Assembly (NCBI RefSeq): GCF_036321535.1
Contig: NC_087437.1
Location: 24,678,001 to 24,742,000 of the forward strand
Source of the DNA: Camelus dromedarius
Taxonomy: Eukaryota
DNA: 64,000 nt
Direction of reading: 5' to 3'
Made by a program: the position numbers and the translations under genes. Positions 51,021-63,852 of this stretch are shown piece after piece. The notes under the pieces are model-generated. The model was not told the DNA's origin. It worked only from the letters and a program-made list of their open reading frames with translations, and ran no database searches. How positions within the stretch are numbered: position 1 is the first letter of the stretch; the number at the start of each line of letters is the position of its first letter.

Positions 51021-52244
51021 TTGAGTTGTCTCAGGCTGATTGTGTGTTGCTGATGAACACTTGAGGCTTTCGGTTCCACAGAGTATTTTTAAAGAAAATT
51101 TATATCAAATCAATACCCTTGGCCCTGAGGATCAGAAAACAGGTCCATTTATGGGTAAAGAGTGATTCAGAGGAAGTTCTCCGCCCTTTATGTTCCTTTC
51201 TGTACCTTTCCTTTATGCTCAGTCCTCTCTTTTGGGCAGAAAGGACTCTTAGGCTGGACATTGCAGATTTCTGGGATCCCTTGATGTAGAGAGTGTGCAA
51301 GAAGTGAGGACATCTCTGCTAAGCCCTTTGAAGCCCTCTTGTTCTTGATCTGGGCTCGTGGGTAAGGGAAGAAGCTTTATGATCTTTACACACTTTCAAA
51401 TGTCATGTGTGGAGTAGAGCTCCAGACTGTAATTGCAAAAGTTCTCTGACCTTTCATCTCTGACATTTTTGGTTCTTTTTGTTGTATGGTAACAAATCTC
51501 TTTCAAACATATTTGTACTAGATATTTCAAACACAATTATACTATCGTGTCTAAAATGTACCTTTAGATACACTACCTTGACCTAGGGCACTCCAGGGCA
51601 CACACGTGCAATAACCAGAAGTTAGAATGTCACTAGCACTGCGTACTCACTTCGATGTCTGGGGCCACTTACGATACAGCTATGAAAAAAAGGACTTTTT
51701 TTTTTCCTACCAAGGACGATAATGAAACAAACAGTGTGGTGTATGTGAAGCATGAATGTTTTCTAAGATCAGTTTTTAAATGACAACAGTACGTCAAGCA
51801 TGAGATATGATTTAATCCAACTCATTCACTTTTTTTCCCTTTCCAAAGGAATGCTTTAATTTTCAAAACTGCTTTGAGTTGATCCTTCTTGCCTGTCTGA
51901 GTTGAGGCTTCCATCTTTTGAGAGCATAAAAACTGTACTTAGTCATAAGAGCAGGGCACTTGCCCCAAAGCTTTGTCTGTATTTCAGTAATAATCTCATC
52001 TTTCATTCCCAGCCCCATGCTGCTTCCAGCCCCTGAGTACTCTGCACCTGTGGTATTTCTTGGGTGCTGCTGGTGAGACTGGGCTCCACTTCTGCAGTAC
52101 CTCTTCTCTTACCCCCTTGTTATAGCACATCTAATCTTGAGATAAGAAAGGGGACTCAGGCAGATTGTTATTTGCCCAAAGTCATCTACTGGATGTTCTG
52201 TGCTTTTTAGAGAGAGCATTTTTATTTTATTTTATTTTTATTCT

Positions 52245-52920
52245 TTCATTGTTACCATATATTATATGTCAGGTAATATATTAGGCATTGGAAATGTAAA
52301 GATGAAGAAGTTTTGTTTCAGCCCAACGTGTTCCTGTTCCCATGGAGGACACAAAGGACTGTAATTATTCAGGGTGAAACACGGTATGAGAGAAGCAAAG
52401 GAAGACATGGTTCTGCACCAGAGCAGGGGCTGGGGCAAGGATGGCCCCTGGAGGAGGAACCATTTCAAGATGGGCTTTGAAGGCTGAGGCATAAGACAAA
52501 AGAGGGACAAGTCATTCCGGAGAGATGAAGTGTCATATGAAGTAGCATGTCCAGAAAACAGTAAGGACTTCAGTAGCGTGGGGAAAAGACAGTAGGAGAC
52601 AGACTTAAAGACAGCAGTTAGACTCAAACTAATTCATTTGAATCTAAGAGCCGACAAGAAGACATTGCCAAAGATGACCCTGAAGTTTGGCCTTCTGGGT
52701 TAGTTAATCAATATAGGGGATATTTAGTTCTGAACATAAAGAGCTCTTGAAGTGAGTAAGTGAAACTTACCTGAAAGTCCTGGCGAGGCTACTAAAATTC
52801 TAGTCTGAGATTTCAGATAGAGCTGCTAACACAGATTTGGACTGCTTCTTATGGTCATGGGACCTTATCAGTTACTTTTCATCTTGGAGAGAGAGCATCT
52901 AAGTTTGAGCTGTGGGTCAA
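52245..52920 (-). mobile_element. L2 remnant
   Basis: tatatgtcaggtaatatattaggcattggaaatgtaaagatgaa...aagatgggctttgaaggctgag...aaagatgaccctgaagtttggcct. Confidence 0.65.
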
Positions 52921-53460
52921 AGAGTATGACAGAATGCATTTATTCTTATTAAATGTTTTAAAGAGTAGATGGTTTTTTTTTGTTTTTTTTTTTTTTGCTT
53001 TTGGAATTATATTGAAGAGAAATCTGAGAGACAGAGAAAATTATAGAATATATATTCTCCCTTCTTAAGTATAATTTAAATTAAGGAAAGGAATTTACAT
53101 TATAGCTCTCTGGAAGGAAGGGAAATTGAATAATCAAAACAATTCATGGAAGATACGGCATAAACTGCTTTATTCCTTTACCACGCCTATATTTTTATAA
53201 AACTTCAGTGGAATTTTAAAAATTGGGCAATTTGGAGGTCATGGTAATTGATGATTTCCCTGAGTGTTGGAAGATAAAAAGAATCACTTGCAGCCTGATG
53301 GAAGACACATAGAGAGAGAGATCCTTATTAACTACAGGGGCCTTGATGTTACCCATACCGTTTACTAGAACTTTAATTATTTGATTGATATCCTTTAAAT
53401 GGAATTTTCATATTGGTTGAAGATTCTAGTGTCAAATTTAAAAGCCATTGTATGTTTCAG

Positions 53461-53610
53461 GGAGTTATAATGGGGGCTTCCATGGTCCTGATAATGTTCT
53501 GTACTTAGTCACAACTGTATTCACTTTGCAAAATTCATCAAGCTGTACACATAAGATCTGTGAGTATTGTGGGTTATATTTTATACATCAATAAAATGTT
53601 TACCAAAAAA
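53461..53610 (+). mobile_element. Old L1 (L1ME/MD-like) 3' end
   Basis: gggggcttccatggtcctgataatgttctg...tattcactttgcaaaattcatcaagctgtacacataagat...caataaaa; degenerate TSD aaaagccattgtatgtttcag / aaaagcaatggtacatgtttcag. Confidence 0.82.
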
Positions 53611-56600
53611 AGCAATGGTACATGTTTCAGACGTACATAATACAGTTATTCCCTATGCTTTTTTAAAAAAGTACATGTTCGGCAATGGAATAATTTGATT
53701 AGAAACATACATACTGTTACTTGTTTCTGCCTATCGGACTTGCCTATGTTTTCAGGTAGTCACATAAAAATTGCATTACACCGAGAAAACTGGTTTCAAA
53801 AGTACAGAATGTGCTCTATGTGTGACAGGTGATTTAAGGTTTTCCAAACAGTGTTCAGAGATTCCGTTTATGTTACCTAAACTGCAAACTAAAACTTAGA
53901 AAAATGCTTCCCTGAGGTGAAGTGAACTTGCCCGGGACAGAAGACTTTTTCAAGGATGCCAGTTTGCCCACTGTATGGCCAAGTATTTATTCAGCTGAGG
54001 CTTGGATGAAAGCCACCACATCAATGACACAGTCTCCACACATGTGAGGAAAATACATGTGCGACAGAGCAAATTAGGTGTCATGCTCTGGGAAGGGCAG
54101 AATGGGATTGATTTGCCACTTTGAGCAATGCTCTTTGACTGTCAGCCGTGGCTTTGAGCAAAGCATTAGAGATTCTTGTCACAGATGTTTCTTTCATATA
54201 CTGTTGTGGGAGAATGACATTCTGCAAAAATGGTTTACTGCTCTTCTTTCTTCTCTTGGGGAAACAAAGTACGCTCACAGTCCTAGCCAAACGGACTCAA
54301 GGAGCGCCCTTCATTTCTCCCACAATAGCATTAAGGATCGTGACATTTACCAAGTTGATTTTAGGACTTTGTTGGCAAATGTAGTGTGTTGAGTATTTAT
54401 TCAACGGATGTGCCACTGAGGTGGTTTGTAAGACTCATTTTGGGGGAGGGTAGCAACCAGTGCATTGGGGGCTTAGAACTGAAATAAAAAAAAAATGTTT
54501 CTACCATTTTTATTCAATGGTGCACAACTGAGGAAAGTAATTAATCTGTTTCACATGTTGTTCTCCATGCAAACTACTAAGCTAGGAGAAGTTAAGAATT
54601 CTTTCTAGCTCAGCCATTGTTGTTTCTAAGAAGATGACATTTATGAAGAACAATAATATTTGTGTGGAAAAAACATGCTTGATAAAAATATTTGATGGTA
54701 ATTTTAAAATTAAGGGGCAAGAGTATCTTCTCTACAGAGAATTTTAATTCATCACTTCCTTTTGGTCTAATTTTTCCCGAGAATTTGGTGAGTGAATGTA
54801 AGCATTCTGTACATAAGTATTTTCCTGCAGAACAAAAATACAGTTACTATAGCAACTGCAACATCACATGGGATCTAAGAGATAGAAAGGATGTTGTATT
54901 TTACTAAAAGTGTGTTATCCATGTGTCATATTAATTTTTCTATTTTATATTCTGTACAAGTCAGAATATTTTCCTCTGATGCTATGTGGATATCCACATA
55001 TTAAATTATTCATTAGAAGTTTTTTTTAAACATTACAGATTGCCTCCAGAAGTTTTGCTCTTTTTAAAATATAGGTGACCACAAATTGGGGTTTATAAAA
55101 TGTCACTTGTCAATTTAAATATTGAAGGTTAAAATAGGACAGTTGCCTATTTTAAATTTATGTGAAAAAATAATGCACTATATTATTTTGAGGTGTTAGG
55201 AAAACAAATTATATCAGGGCAGGTCATACTTGCTGGTTGAAACACTGTCCTCTTCCCCCAGTTTGCAAATACGAAGTCTTAAATGTTTATTTTGAAAGGC
55301 TCCCATCCTCTTTGCTGACAGGGAACTTAAATTTTTTTTGATTAATTGAGTGTAAATGAATGAGAAACAGATGGCAAAAAATCATTTTGTTACAGGTGAG
55401 TTTGAAGTTATATTTTCCTTTTTTTTTTTTTTTTAACACCTAGCAATTTACTCATTCTGAGGGGTGGATTGAATCCTCTATGAAGCAGAAACAGGCCTTA
55501 GAACTTTTCTGTATAACTCCCTCCTAATTCTGTGTTTCAGAGCATCAGGACTTTGGAGTCTGTCTCTACAGCAGAAAGGTTAAGCGTATTTGCCCCCAAA
55601 TCATCTTTACAACTGTTACTTTTGTGAATCAGGCTGTGTTCTCTGGAAGTTTTGCTAGATAACAGGTTCACTGAACTTGGGTGGAAGTAGCCTCAAATTC
55701 TTTTTTTTTTTTCCCCCATATCCTTCCTTTGTGAATTTCAGATTCACATGGTTTATGACCGTGCTTTAAAACCTGAAGGTCACTGAGCGATTCATGTAGA
55801 TCTTCAAATTTGGCTGGCCTTGAAGATATGTTTGTTTCTCTGTCTTGGCTGGAAATTAAGGCAATGACCCCTAGGTAATGGTGTTGCATATTCTGTCCCA
55901 TATCCTTGTCATTTAGTCCTCCTCCAGATTCAAATGGATGAGATGCAGAAATTGATTGATAAAAAGGACATGTATGCTTTCTTTACTAATATGTATCTTT
56001 TTTTATTAAAATGAAAATCATTAATTAAATAACTGCTCAGTAAAGAGTGATTGGTCATAACAAAACACCAGATAATGAAGAAATAAGAAATCAGACACCA
56101 TCAATTTTCTTCTTTTGATCCCCATCGAGGAGAGCAAGCTTACTCAAAGCCAGTGCCAGCTCGTGTCATTACCTCTCAACTGTTCACACAGCTTCTCGCT
56201 CTGTGGCCAAACAATGGACTCGCTGACTTTTGACGGTCTCGTGAGCAACATGCCCCATCTCTGTTCTGTCCTTTTCTTGCCATGGTGTATTTCTCAGTGC
56301 TGGTCCTTCCTGGGCTGAGGCTGTGATGGCTAAATAGAAACTACCAAAGAAGAGAAGTGCATTGATGCCAGTTGTACCTCTGCGGTCAAGACTTTCTCCT
56401 CCATTAGAAAAGATCCCTGCTTCTCCCTACCCCTTCCGACTCAACAGTTCAGGTCGGTTACTGTCCACTAAGGGCTGGACCTAACCTGCCTGCCCAGGAA
56501 GCATTAAGCCACCTGCTATCAGTCACCCCTGCTTCTGTACTATTTCTCATTCTCCTCTCTCTTCATCGCCTTCTCCTAAACTCAGTCCCTGGCTTCTCAA

Positions 56601-57009
56601 TGGGACCAGCTTTTGAGCAAGTTCTGTATTTTCAGAAGAGTTTGCAAACTGTCTAAAGAAGTGACTTGCCAACATAGACTTACCTTTTTTAAAATGAATC
56701 CAGAGTTTTTCCATTAACCTGACCCCCCTTTCATCACTGCTCTACAATCCTGAAGTCAATTCCCACTGAAACATTTTTCTTAGAATCAGGAAATTAGAAA
56801 ATTCTAGAGCAACAACAAGGCAATTTTTGCTTTGAGATTCTTGCAAGCTTTTTGCGAATTATTTTAAACATTTTCTCTTTAAATTTCAACTCTGTTTTGA
56901 TCTATTGAGACTATAGCTGGTCTTAGCCTGCAAATGGTAAACTGCAACGTGTATTGGAAATTAAAAGACTTCTTCCTAATGAAGTTTTTTAAGTGTGTGT
57001 ATTTAAAAT

Positions 57010-57400
57010 ATGACAATGAATATATGCTTGGTGTTAAATGGTCAAACATTACACAAATATTAAAGTAAAAATGAGTCACTTTTCACCTTCTTTCTTAATC
57101 CACTCTCCTCTGCACAGAAAAGCAATGTTAGCAGGTTGGTAAGTGTCCCACAGGCCTTTTGTATGCATATGTATACAAACATATAACTCTATAAGATATG
57201 CACATTTTTCTATGTCTTGAAGATCTTTCCATGTCACCCTATATAGAATTATCTTATTATTTTTAAACAGGCATACAGCACATTAATTATTTTCTTATTG
57301 CTACATACTGAAAAAATTTAATATTATAAAAATACCATAAATAAACATTTTTGTCCATAAATGAGGATTTCTATGGGACATACCACCAAGAGTTAAAAGG
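57010..57400 (-). mobile_element. Ancient L1ME-like 3' remnant
   Basis: tatgtcttgaagatctttccatgtca...atatagaattatcttattatttttaa...aataaacatttttgt. Confidence 0.55.
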
Positions 57401-57411
57401 CAAATGCAGTT

Positions 57412-57752
57412 AAAAAAATTTTAATTTAATATAATTTGTTTAATTGAAGTATAGTCAGTTTACAATGTATCAATTTCTGGTGTACAGCATAATGGTTCAG
57501 TTATACACATACACATATATTCATTTTCATATTCTTTCTCATTATAGGTTACTACAAGATATTGGATATAGTTCCCTGTGCTGTAAAGTAGAAAGCTGTT
57601 GTTTATCTATTTTATATATATTAGTTAGTATCCACAAATCTCATACTCCCAATTTATCTCTTCCTACCCCCCCCCCCCACCACCTGGTAACCATAGGCTT
57701 GTTTTCTACGTCGGTGAGTCTGTTTCTGTTTTGTAAATGAGTTCATATGTCT
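57412..57752 (-). mobile_element. Young camelid-type L1 3' fragment
   Basis: attgaagtatagtcagtttacaatg...atagttccctgtgctg...ctggtaaccatagg; perfect 12-bp TSD gcaaatgcagtt at 57400-57411 and 57753-57764. Confidence 0.93.
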
Positions 57753-59199
57753 GCAAATGCAGTTTTAAAAAACTGTAAGCACTGTACTTTTATAATGATT
57801 TTTCCAGTAGGCACAGAGAGGCTCTTATTAGAATTTTAATATATTACGTTTAGTCACTGAATTTTAAGAGGGCTATAAGGAGATTTAAGAAAGTAGTTTA
57901 GGGAAGATGACAACAGTAATTAAATAGAGAATCAGCTCTCTGGAGATAAGCTGGGAGTAAGGGCAGTTTAGACACAGAAGAGAAGGCTGTTTTAGGACGC
58001 TGCCTGGTTGTTTTCCACTTCTGCAGAAATTCCAGTTTTAGATTTACATTCCGATAACTGAAATCAACCTGGCAAGGTGAAGACTTGGTTGTTATACGTT
58101 TGCTTATATCCTAGGACTAAGGATAAGTGGAAGTTATAAAGCCTCTGATTTTTGAAGCCTGAAAATCAAATAGGCATCTGTAACTCTTAAGAGATCCTTG
58201 AGTTAATTTTTTTTCCATTTGTATTCCCATTACTTAATGGGCGCTAATTTTGAACATCAATCGCATCCCTATAGGAATTTACACAGACAAATGTAAGATT
58301 CAGCATTCTCTTCCAGGAGCAATAATAGTTCCCTTCGGAACTCTCGGGGCTCTGGTTTATCCTACTTGCATGGTGTCTCTCACAAAATACCTTGTCTGGA
58401 CTTTATCTGGACACCTTCTCATCTCCCTTAAGAGATTTTAGGTTTCTTAGTGGCACGGAAAATGTTTTATCTTTGTGTCCTGCCCAACACTTGGCACTGT
58501 TTTTCACATACAACTGATGCCCAATGAATATTCTTATGCGTAATAACTGGTTAAAAGGCATGTTTGCCACTGGGCACAAGATCACTCAGGAAACCTAACA
58601 CAGCTAGGAGAAACATAATTTAAGGAATGGGCCAAATGACAGGGACTCAGAATCATCTTTCCCACACAGTATCATTTTATGAAAATCATTTTTAGTATAA
58701 AAAGGGAAAGTGGTATAAAAATCACCAAACAATATAAAATGAGCTTCTCTAGAAATTCCATTGATTCTATATATATGCACACATCATAGGGTATTATGGT
58801 CAATTTTCTATGATTCTGTTATTCTATACTTTCTAATGTGAATTTTTGATGTTTACCAAAAGATTTTTAAAAAAGTGGTTATTTAGGAAAAACTTTAGAG
58901 TTATTATTCTCTAAAGAAGAAACATGGTGTACTTTAAAGCTGAGTTAAGTTATGAGCATAAGGAGATAGGATAACTGCGAGTCAGTCTCTTACATTACCT
59001 CACATTGCTACCAAAACCAGAATGGGTGCAGTAGTATTCGCTAGGCACCTAAAGGCAGAAATAGCATTCAATAGGCATTTACAGCAACCACTTTTTTTTT
59101 TCATAGCAGGGTTTTCTTTTTCCTGTCAATTATTGGGCTAATTTGAAAGAAATTTACGTTGATAGGAATTCGATGATATTGCAGGATCTGGTAACAATG

Positions 59200-59514
59200 T
59201 CATTCAAAGGTTGAGAGTGGTTCACAGAACTCAGGGATAGACTCACTTATGTTTACCTGTTTATTAAAGGATATGGTAGAGGGTACAGATGAACAGCCAG
59301 ATGAAGAGATACATAGACAAAGTCCAGGAGGGTCCCAAGAGCAGCGCTTCTGTTTCCACGGAATTGGAGTGCCTCGTTCTCCTGGTGTGGATGTGTTCAC
59401 CAACCTGGATGCTCTCCCATCTTATACTAGAGGAGTTTATGAGTGCTTTATCACAAGACATGATGGCTTATTAACTCCACTTTCAAACCTTCTCTGTTCT
59501 CAAGAGAAAGGGGG
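59200..59514 (-). mobile_element. MER21-like LTR fragment
   Basis: gagtggttcacagaactcaggga...tttattaaaggatatg...acagatgaacagccagatgaagagatacatag...ggatgtgttcaccaacctggatgctctcc. Confidence 0.82.
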
Positions 59515-61253
59515 CATTGTTTTATCATAATGTGTTTGTTTGACATAAATTAATCATAGTCTAGGTCAGTTTTGATGTCATTCTTCCTGCTCTTTGGTAA
59601 ATTAAACAGAGATGGCTTTTCTACATTGTGAAAGCGCATATCCTCAAGTCTCCCTTGAGAGGAGGGGAGGGCATGGGTGTTGACTGTCATGTGTATCCGT
59701 GTGGTCAGCCACTGGGAGACAGTCAAGGAGAAATGTGCCTACAGCCTCCAGCCTTGGCCCATCTGGAACCTTTACTACAAGTGGATGGTGCAGGGGTGGT
59801 GGGATTTCCAGGAGTCTGACTGGTCTATTTACCTTGTGACTTTTATAAAATTATGATCTTGGGAGAGACTGGGACCTGAGATTAACCAGATTAATCTTCA
59901 GAATTGATCGGTGAACTGTAAAAAATTTGTTGGGAATCTGATACAAATGGCGAGGGGAGTGGATTAACTACCAGGCATTACATTTTGAGAGGAGCGCGAT
60001 ACCTTTTTGTTTCTTTAGATATCCATAATGTTAATAGTTTTGCTGTGCTCACATGGAGACAGGATATATTAACAAGCTAGCGATAAAATTCTCTGCAAAC
60101 CACACTTTAGTAATGTAATTTCTTTTTTTTTTTTGAAGTAATACAATTTCTAGTGAAAAGCACCCACTGACATTAGGGAGGGGCAGGATTGTTTTTGCAA
60201 ATAGTGATTGAGTCTTCACCAAAAAATTTGATCAAATAATTTCTTAGAGAGGTAAATCAGATAGCAAGATTTCAAGTGGTTAAAAGTAAAGTCATTCCCT
60301 GACAAGAGTAGACTTGCCTTAGGTTTAGTCATGGTAAACACAACAAAATGCTGACCAACATACACAGAGGAGAGTTTTGAGAAGATATAAAATTTACAAT
60401 GAAGAATATAAAGAACATTAAACTCAGTTTTTGACTCATCTGGTTTTCAGTCAAGAGATAGCAGAGACATGAGTCATGTCATGTCGAGGTAGATGTGTTT
60501 TCCTGTGGGTTTTTCTTCTTTAATGTAAGCTATCTGACATGTATTTTTGGATGTGGGAGAAGCGGAGAATATAACAATTGCAGTCTTTGTCATCTTTGTT
60601 TCTTTCTAATGGAAAGGCCCAGATTGCATCCAATAAAAGCTTTCTTCCTAGCCAAAATTTGGTCAGATTTTGGTGAATAGGATTTTCCCAGAGTGGGACT
60701 AGTAGCACTCAAATTACAGTAATTTATTAGAATTTGATCCTAGAAGACACATAAAACGATTTTCCAGTGCTACATTTATTTCCATCATCTCTTTCTTTGC
60801 CAACTATGAGTCATTTAAGTTTTCAAAGCATAAATAGCATTCTGTCTAGAAATAATTGGATGACCACATAGATGGGTCCTGTATTTTTGGAACCATTTAT
60901 GACATGGCTTTGGAAGAAATCAATGTTTTAGAGTCTTATTCTGGGTTATAGGGTTGATGCTCAGTGAAACAACAAACCATCTTATTTACATAATATAATA
61001 AATAACACATTCATTCCAAAAATGAAAGTAGTAGAAATGTAGTTGGTGAAATGATCTTTTGCCACTTTTCAGTGATATTTAACATTGCAAACCTTGTCTT
61101 TTTCTTAAAGGATAAACATTTTACTCCCAATGAGGAGGATTTCAAACCATTTAAACAATTTTTTTCCAAACCTAAGGATAAGTAAGTACATGATATCCAT
61201 CAGATTTAAGGTTTTATGAAACCTGCAGTGATCTCATTAAAAAGAGCAGGTTC

Positions 61254-61461
61254 TGTTTGCTCATTTGTCCATTTGCTTATTGATGGGCATTTGACTCGTT
61301 CCTACTTTTTGGCTTTTGTGAATAACGTTGCTGTGAGGGTTGGATTGTGATGATTGTTGCACAACTTGGTAAATTGACTAAAAGTCATTGGAATGTTCAG
61401 TTAAAATGGGTAAATGTCACGGTATGTAAATAACACCTCAATAAAGCTTGTTTTTTAAAAA
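61254..61461 (+). mobile_element. Short L1MB-like insertion with an inverted 5' part
   Basis: 61254-61336 is antisense L1 (ttgatgggcatttg...gtgaataacgttgctgtga); 61337-61461 is a sense L1 3' end (ttgcacaacttggtaaattgactaaaagtcattg...cctcaataaagc). Confidence 0.75.
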
Positions 61462-63589
61462 GGCTAGTTTTAAATATAGCTGGATTACACAGCTCCCATT
61501 GATTATTGTCAAGAAGGTTTTCCTGCCTCAGTATATCTTGCTCACTTACCTTTATCAATATCTGGCATTGTACTGTTAGAGACTTCTTATTTGGGTTATG
61601 AACTTAATCAAACTTGAAATGCCATTGGGAAAGAAAACACATGAAGGCTAATCACTTTGTTGTGGGAGGCACAAATCAATGATTTATAAATGAATTAAAG
61701 ATATATAATTGGATGTAGTCCAAGGGCTCACTTTGCAAGATGCCGACTGGAGTAGAAAAGGAAAGGGATGAAATAAACGTCCAGAGCAGGGGAAATTTCA
61801 GGAAGAGAAGTTGTAGACTGTGTACCACAGAGGAGGTCTTGGGAAGCAGAAAGCCACTGGAAGCCCTGGGGAGGGTTAATCAAGCTAGTGGAGAAAACAT
61901 TCCAAAATGATGGTGAGATGTTGCTCTCCTTCTAGAAGAACCTGTTTTATGATTTAGCATAAACCTTTCCCTAGGTATCGAAATTGCAATGCTTACATAT
62001 GTAAGTATTTACAAAAGAATAACAGAGTCTTTCAGTGAAACTGTGGACTCTACCAGCCTGCAGATCGTGGTCAGATTCACAGACCCAAAGAGATGCAAAC
62101 TGATGAGAGCAACATTGTGGAGAAAGCTAGTTTTAGAAAAAAGTGTACAAATGTCTCGATGAAAAACAATATCTTGGAACACTTTTAAGTTTTTTGCTGC
62201 ATGTTAGAATTCCTAAGGGCTTCTGTTGGTCGGTGATGGAGCAAATACTCCAGTAGTATAATTCTTTTAACTGTATAGTGAGTTATATCCCAAACAATGG
62301 CATTTATGATGACATCTGTCAATGTTGATTGTGATATTTTTTAAGGTCACAATTTTCTGTTCAGGCCAATTTTTTACTGATGAAGTTGCCTTCTTATGTC
62401 ACCTGCTTTATAACAGAGAATTTTCCCCAGTACAAAGAAAGACATCTCTAAATACTTAGCTGTAAGCCTCATGCTTTCTAGTCTTCTATATTCAACATCT
62501 GGATTTTGATTAATAATTCTAAATCCAGCATGAGAGATTGCAGTAGACAGAGAATTACTTTTGTACAAGTCTCTCTTTTATAATTTCATTGGAGCTAAAT
62601 AAGGATGGGGCCAGGCGATGAGTTATTCACATAATGCAAGAAAAAAAAATGTCACTCCAGTCCCTGGACCCCTGCAGACTTCCACAGAGTTTACCAAAAT
62701 ATTTTGTAGATTTCTATTTTTTTAACTTAAAAATATGGAAGACCTGAATGAAATGGATAGGTCTCCTTTAAGAGTAAAAAAAAATTCAATTTCATTGCTC
62801 AGCATGTAACATTTTTTTCTCTGTGTTTCAAATTATGTTGTGAAAGTAGATCTCCATGTCTTTTTAATACAAAACTTAGTATTGTAGTTTGGAAGAAATC
62901 ATACAGTGGACCAGCTTTCTGTGATTATGCTTTCATACTTGATAAAAAAGAACTTTTCTTAATGTTCTATTGTAACACATTTTAATTTATTTCATAAGGA
63001 AAGTAACATTTAAGATAATTATTTCTTCCCTGACTATGAGGAATAAGGAATCTATGCAAATACAAAAAATTATATCACAGCCATTTTGGCATCTTGTACC
63101 TAAATACCTTTTTGCAAAGAATACTTTCAGGCTAACTCTAAAGGCTAAGTGTGACTTGATGAAGTATTTATGAGGCCTGATTGGAACCCCATTGGAAAAC
63201 AGCAGCATGCCAGGAAGAGGGCCCATAAGACACTAATTTTTTTAAGAGACTATTTCTAGTAATTGTATGTATGAAACAAGTGATGAGTTTTTTTTGCAGT
63301 TGATGATAAATAATATCTGATAAATATGTTGAAGTCGATTTGTGGGATCTAGAATTTTAAATTAATCAGTTGCTATGTGCAAACATATTTAGAACGTGCT
63401 TTCAAGTCCACCTTACTGTAATCCACCAGTAGAAAGGCTATTGGACAAATCCAACTCCTGTAATTACAATTTTTAAAATAAGAATGACTCTCAATAATTG
63501 CTAAAGGCAAAGGCAATCCAGGTGGCAGTTCAAGAAAGTGCAAGGCTAATGCAGTATGTGTCATGTACATAGTGGCACCAACGGCATTA

Positions 63590-63790
63590 CTGAGCCTTTT
63601 TTTTTATGGTAGGACTGTTCTAAATATTTCACTTTTTTTTTAAACAATTAATACTAAAAAGGACTTAAGGTAGATACAACTTTATAAAGAGTACTTCTTT
63701 TTTACAGATGGGGCAATTTAACAAGAATGTTATTAGAGAACACACAGGGTGGCAAATACTGGGATTGCCTGCTCAATATTTATTTCTGCC
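63590..63790 (-). mobile_element. MIR remnant
   Basis: tactgagcc...ggactgttctaaat...ttttacagatggggcaa...ggcaaatactgggatt. Confidence 0.55.
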
Positions 63791-63852
63791 ACCAGAACCC
63801 CTAATGCACTGATGTTCCCAGATGCATGTATTGGATCATATTGATCCAAACC

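Noticed and set aside
56686..56765. Minus-strand exon ending at a strong donor (AG|gtaagt)
   Set aside because: The acceptors are poor and the frames contain stops; isolated consensus donors are expected by chance.
59200..59530. Four overlapping ORFs suggesting a gene
   Set aside because: The region is a MER21-like LTR fragment.
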